Part shown: piece by piece, positions 57,200-64,000 of the stretch
Layout: each line of letters starts with the position of its first letter
How positions within the stretch are numbered: position 1 is the first letter of the stretch
From: the human T2T-CHM13v2.0 reference genome, Homo sapiens
Strand: one strand, 5' to 3'
DNA length: 64,000 nt
Assembly (NCBI RefSeq): GCF_009914755.1
Contig: NC_060928.1
Position numbers and translations under genes: made by a program
Notes under the pieces: generated by a model
Seen by the model: the letters and a program-made list of their open reading frames with translations, nothing else
Databases searched by the model: none
Told to the model about the DNA's origin: nothing

Positions 57200-57552
57200 C
57201 TTTGGGATTGAAATCTTGAGGGCTTTGAGAAGACTCTGTTGCGTGTCTCTCCCTAGGCTTCTGGTGGTTTGCGGTCAAGGTTTGAGTTCCTTGGCTTACA
57301 GAAACATCACCCCAGTCTCTGTGTTCATCATCTTTCCATGGTGTTCTCCCTGGGTGTCTGTCTGTGTCTAAATTTCCCCTTTTTGTGAGGACACCAGCCA
57401 TATTGGAATAGTGCCCACCCTGACAACCTCATCTTTATACCTGCAACAACCCTATTCCCAAATGAGGTCACATTCTAAGGTACTGGCAGTTATTACTTCA
57501 ACATATGAATTTGGGGGGGGGTGGTGGGGGAGATACAATTCAACCCATAGCA
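57200..57552 (-). mobile_element. MaLR LTR (MLT1B/C-like)
   Basis: 'gcttctggtggtttgc...aaatttccccttttt...aggtcacattctaaggtactg...caattcaacccatagca'. Confidence 0.8.
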
Positions 57553-57626
57553 AGTGCCAATGATAAGCTGCATAGGCCTCTTTTGGCAAGACTTTAGTCT
57601 GTCACCCTTGGGTTAAGAATGAATAA

Positions 57627-57925
57627 GCCGGGTGTGGTGGTGCATGCCTATTGTCACAGTTACTCGGGAGGCTGAGGCAGGAGGATCACTTGAGCCCAGG
57701 AGTTCTGGACTATGGTGTGCTATGCCGATCGGGTGTCTGCAATAAGTTAGGCACCAAATAGTGAACTCCTGGGAGCATGGGACTACCAGGTTACCTAAGG
57801 AGGGGTGAATTGGCTCAGATCAGACATGGAGCAGGTAAAAACTGCCCTGCTAATCAGTAGAGGGATCGCACCTGTGCATAGTCACTGCATGCCAGCCTGG
57901 GCAGCACAGCAACACCCCACCTCCA
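57627..57925 (+). pseudogene. Processed 7SL (SRP RNA) pseudogene, full length with S domain
   Basis: Alu-domain 5' end then S-domain 'ctatgccgatcgggtgtc', 'ccaggttacctaaggaggggtgaa', 'ggagcagg'; A-rich tail; TSD aagaa[t/c]gaataa at 57615 and 57940. Confidence 0.92.
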
Positions 57926-59930
57926 AAACACGACAAGAAAAGAACGAATAAACAAAAAAAAGAAGCATGGTAACAAATATAACTTATTTTTTTCAGGAGC
58001 CAGAGGAAAATTTCAGAAAAATTGTGTAGTATATTAAAAGTGATGTAAAGAAGACATGATTTTTGAAAAATGGAGCAGAAAGCCCAAAGAGAAATCATGC
58101 TTCAATGAAAATCAAGATAAGATGCAGACAAGTTGAGAAGAAAAGGGATCTGGAGAGACAAGAAGGAAATGCAGGTAAATCAAAATTTAAATAGCCAAAT
58201 GGAAATCTGACTTGGGCTTTGGTGGAAGACATAAACAATTTGCAGAGGGCTACTTAGCATTTTGAAATATTACTATATTCAAAAGTAATACAGTGAGGTT
58301 TTTCCCTCCCTATTTTCCCCCTTTCCCTTTGTCTCATTCACGCAGGTAGTTGGGTTTATGCCTATTGTTTTAGGAGATATGAGATAGGATGGAAAGGTAT
58401 ATTGTCCTGAAAACTCTTTCTTTCTATGTTTTACTTCCCAAAACCTAAGTCCAGAAAGGGACAGAATTCCCAGGTAGGGGTAAAATGGCTTCCAAGAACA
58501 GTTTAACCCAGAACAGACATGCCCTGTCCTCTTCCTCCTCCCTGAGCCCTAGGTCCTGAGGAAAGAAAGGCAGCTACAGAGCAGTTTCTCCGGCCCTACA
58601 TGTGGCATGAAAGCAGCAGAGACAGGCTGCTTGAAGAGCCTCTTCCCACCCTTGGCACTGTGCAAGATGCATGGCACGACCCCAGGATGCAGAAAGCATA
58701 GGAATAACTAAGAATAAATTTTATGCCAAACCTGCAGAAAGGCACTCTGGATCAGAAATGAAGTTGCATTCCTGAACTTGCCATTGTCTTAGAGGGGCTA
58801 ATGCAATTTAAATCAGTGATTGGAGAACAGACCAGAAAACTTCCCAAATGTGGAGGACATTGGACAAGAAAACTGATTAGAGAAATGATAAATATGAAAA
58901 AGAGAATAGTGATCCAATTATAAGATATTGCAAAGCTCAGAACTTGGTAAAAATCACCTGAACATGCAGGCTTGTTCATGGAGAGATTATGGATCAGAAG
59001 CAAGAGCCCAAGAGGCTGGAGGAGGCGCACTGCTGCAGGCTTGGAGGGGCCGCTCCAGCTGGCTGGGGGCTCCCCGGACCTGCGCTGGCTGCCGCAGCAG
59101 AGCTTCGGCTTGAAGGGATCCAGGGCAAGTGCGCGGGCTTCGTGGCATCGCGCCGAGTCCTTCAGCGTCGGCGCCAGCTCCAGCCAAGCATCCTATGCCC
59201 GCGCGGTGCAAGACCAGGCGGGCGGCGCTCCCTTCCTGCCTCTATCACCTGCCGGGCAGGTGGGAGAGCAAACTCCCCCTTGCGCCCTAGCTCCCGGAAA
59301 TGTACAGAGACAAGATAATAAGCGGTAGAAGAATAGAAATAACATCATAATTAACCTAGAAATGTCATCTGCGTTCGAAATACCTGCTGGAAAAGTTAGA
59401 ACAAATAAAATAAAGCAACGCAAGGGTTATATCTCTATGTATTTCAGCAGGACTTCTGAAATTTAACCTGAGGGGTGTGACTACCGTTTCCTGAGGGAAG
59501 TGTTCTTTTCAGGACCAGAGCTGTCAACCTAACCAGCCTCTGGGTGAGAGCTGTCCGGTGTTCTCGAGATTATATTTGGGAAAACATAATGGAAATCTTC
59601 GTGATAGGAGTGTAAAAAAAGCCTGTCAGAATATTATGGAATCTTTTGCATTTCAATAGCATTCGTCAATCTTTAACTTTTGGTAAACGTTTCAAGATTT
59701 TGTATATTTCTTCAGTGAGTTATTAAATAGCTGTCTGTTCAAATTATGTCCTTTACTTGTGGCTTTTTACATTAGTAAATTGTTTGGCTTATTATCTAAA
59801 TTTACTTAAAACCCATCAAGTTTCTATATATGCATGATAGATATTTCATTTTCCTACAGTAACTTTAATTTGTTTTATGATCTCCATATTTGTTCTGGGA
59901 GATGCAGCTACCTATCAAAGTCTGAATTCA

Positions 59931-61044
<1,114 letters not shown>

Positions 61045-61227
61045 AGATAGTTTGCAATGTGAATGAGCCTATTCATTTTGGATGTGATTCATTTTGGATG
61101 TGATCAGACCCTAGTTTATTATTTGTGTCTTTTTGAAATGGGACACTATATTTACTGTTTTAATAATAACGTTTTTTCTAGTAGTATAGATTGCAGCCTA
61201 TATTGAGATAAACATCTCTATCAATAG

Positions 61228-61929
<702 letters not shown>

Positions 61930-62185
61930 TAACAGGCAAAGTATCACCTGTGAATCCACTTATCAGCTCTAAATGCAGCTTTATTTTATTTAAATTCCAT
62001 GATCTTGAATAAATGGAAAAACTTAGATTAAAAAACTGTTAATAAATTGCCATGTTAAAATGAAGTAAAAGTGTTTGTCATATCTAAATAGTTGGAGAAT
62101 AACCTTAAACATTTTGCACTCAAAGATTTTGTAAAAATCTAGACTTTCCTGAGAATGATGGTTCAAAACATATAAAAATGCATAG

Positions 62186-62438
62186 AAAACCAAACACCAC
62201 ATGTTCTCACTCATAAGTTGGCGTTGAACAATGAGAACACATGGACACGGGAGGGGAACATCACACACCCGGCCTGTCAGGGGGTCGGGGGCTAGGGGAG
62301 GGGTAGCATTAGGAGAAATACCTAATGTAGATGATGAGTTGATGGGTGCAGCAAACCACCATGGCACGTGTATACCTATGTAACAAACCTGCATGTTCTG
62401 CACATGTATCCCAGAACTTAAAGTATAGTTAAAAAAAA
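62186..62438 (+). mobile_element. Short L1PA 3'-end insertion
   Basis: L1 3'UTR 'catgttctcactcataag...cccagaacttaaagtata'; TSD aaaaatgc. Confidence 0.9.
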
Positions 62439-63036
62439 TGCTTACTTAGATGAATTAGTCAATATTCATGGTACAGTGGTAATTGGAGTTTTTATACTTG
62501 AAATTTAAAAACTAAATTTGAGCTTAAGTTCCCTTTGCAACTTCCATCTATTCAAAAAATACCATTTGAGATTGTGATTTTGTTTGTGAAATAATACAAA
62601 GTGAAACAAAATAATTCCAAGGCAAGTTTTACACTTGTCCAGGAAAGTTATTCACCAAAATTTGTTCTTAAGACAAAACATAGAATCAAACTGAATGTAT
62701 TTGGCCATATTAAGGTTTACATTAATCAAAAATTTATTGAATACCTGTTGTTTATGTTAACCTGAGATTTACTAATGACTTTGAAATTGTAAAAACTTAA
62801 ACATTTTAGACAATTAAAAAAATGAAGAAGTTGGAATACGAAAGGACTGGCAGTGAGCATTGAAGCCAGTTAAACAAATTTACATGTTGTTATCAACATG
62901 TTTATAAAACAGCACAAACATGATTTTTAAAAGAGAAAACATGAAATGCAAAAAATATAATATTTGAACAATAGCCTTAGTCCCTAAACCCCAGTTTTCA
63001 GAGACTGGAAATTGGGAGGGCCTCAGAAAGTCAATT

Positions 63037-63420
63037 AGTGAATGGATAAACAAGCTGTGGTATCTTTATAGAACAATGAAATACTACTCAGCAATGAAAA
63101 GGAATGATATACTGACACTTGAAACATGGAGGAACCATGGAGGAACCTCAAATGAATTATGCTAAGTGGAAGAAGCCAGACTCAAAAGGCTACACACTGT
63201 ATGACTCCGTTCGTATAACATTTTGGAAAAGGCAGTGCTATAGAGGAGAACAGACCAATGGTTCTCAGGAGCAGGGAAGGATTTGACTACAAAGGGGTTG
63301 AGTTTTTGGAGAGTGATGAAACTCTACTGTATCATAGTCATGGCAATGGTGGTTACAGGACTTTATGAATTTGTCAAAACTCATAGAACTATACACCAAA
63401 AAGACTGTGTTTTACTATAT
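63037..63420 (+). mobile_element. Old L1M 3'UTR fragment
   Basis: 'gaatggataaacaagctgtggtat...aagaagccagactcaaaaggctacacactgtatga'. Confidence 0.75.
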
Positions 63421-63807
63421 CTGGATACGAAATAAATTTAAAATAATAAAAAAAACCCTTAAATCTATTGTCATCAGACTTTGAACAAAATTTAAGGTCT
63501 TTATTATATCCTCTAGGACACTGTACAATTTGGCTACAGTCTACTCTTAATTTTATATATGAAAAACAATGGCACTTCCAACATGGGGGGAAATCTCTTT
63601 TAAATCTCATTCACGAAAAGACATGAATTAAAGTCCTAACTATTAAAGAAAAAAGTATAATAAAAGCACTACAAAATATACAAGATTTTTTTTATTAACT
63701 TGGAATAGGGAAAGCATACTTGAATCAGACAAAGTTGGTAAAAGAAATAAAGGAAACTATTGAGAAATTTTATTGGATCAAAATTTAAAACTTCTGAATG
63801 AAAAGTC

Positions 63808-63834
63808 ATGATAGATATAGATAGACAGGTAGAT

Positions 63835-63884
<50 letters not shown>

Positions 63885-63885
63885 G
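63808..63885. repeat. (GATA)n tetranucleotide microsatellite
   Basis: About 12 pure GATA units with an imperfect leader. Confidence 0.95.
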
Positions 63886-64000
63886 TTAAAATAAGAGACA
63901 GGGAGCAAAAGCAGAAACATTTTTTTACATCCTAGCAACACTAAACTGATTTTCATTCCTCCTAAATGTTCTCTCTTGCTTCTGCCTCACTTCTTATGCT

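Noticed and set aside
57960-58260. Purine-rich, coding-looking stretch
   Set aside because: Stops interrupt the plus-strand frames; more likely a decayed L1 ORF1/HAL1-type remnant, which I cannot assign confidently

Overview
Mammalian (very probably human, 4q31 region) genomic DNA holding two complete, convergently transcribed genes in a dense transposon background. ELMOD2 (+ strand) has a CpG-island promoter near 3.6-4.3 kb, 8 coding exons from 5139 to 30076 giving an intact 293-aa ORF, and a long 3'UTR to about 33.48 kb. UCP1 (- strand) has 6 coding exons from 48430 to 39603 giving an intact 307-aa ORF, a TATA box at about 48.69 kb and the classical brown-fat enhancer at about 52.1-52.5 kb. 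I checked exon boundaries by hand for GT-AG sites and reading phase. The rest is LINE-1, L2, Alu, LTR and DNA-transposon remnants, a 7SL retrocopy and microsatellites. I found no new gene system, CRISPR array or prokaryotic feature. The most unusual structure is a ~235-bp copy of nearby DNA inserted inside a MER4-type LTR, which preserves the pre-Alu 'empty site' of its donor 2.2 kb away. Other leads are a twin-primed inverted L1, a possible L1 3' transduction, inverted Alus bracketing ELMOD2 exon 6, a NAGNAG acceptor in UCP1, and candidate distal UCP1 regulatory elements. Repeat subfamily names come from recalled consensus sequences and need RepeatMasker/Dfam confirmation.
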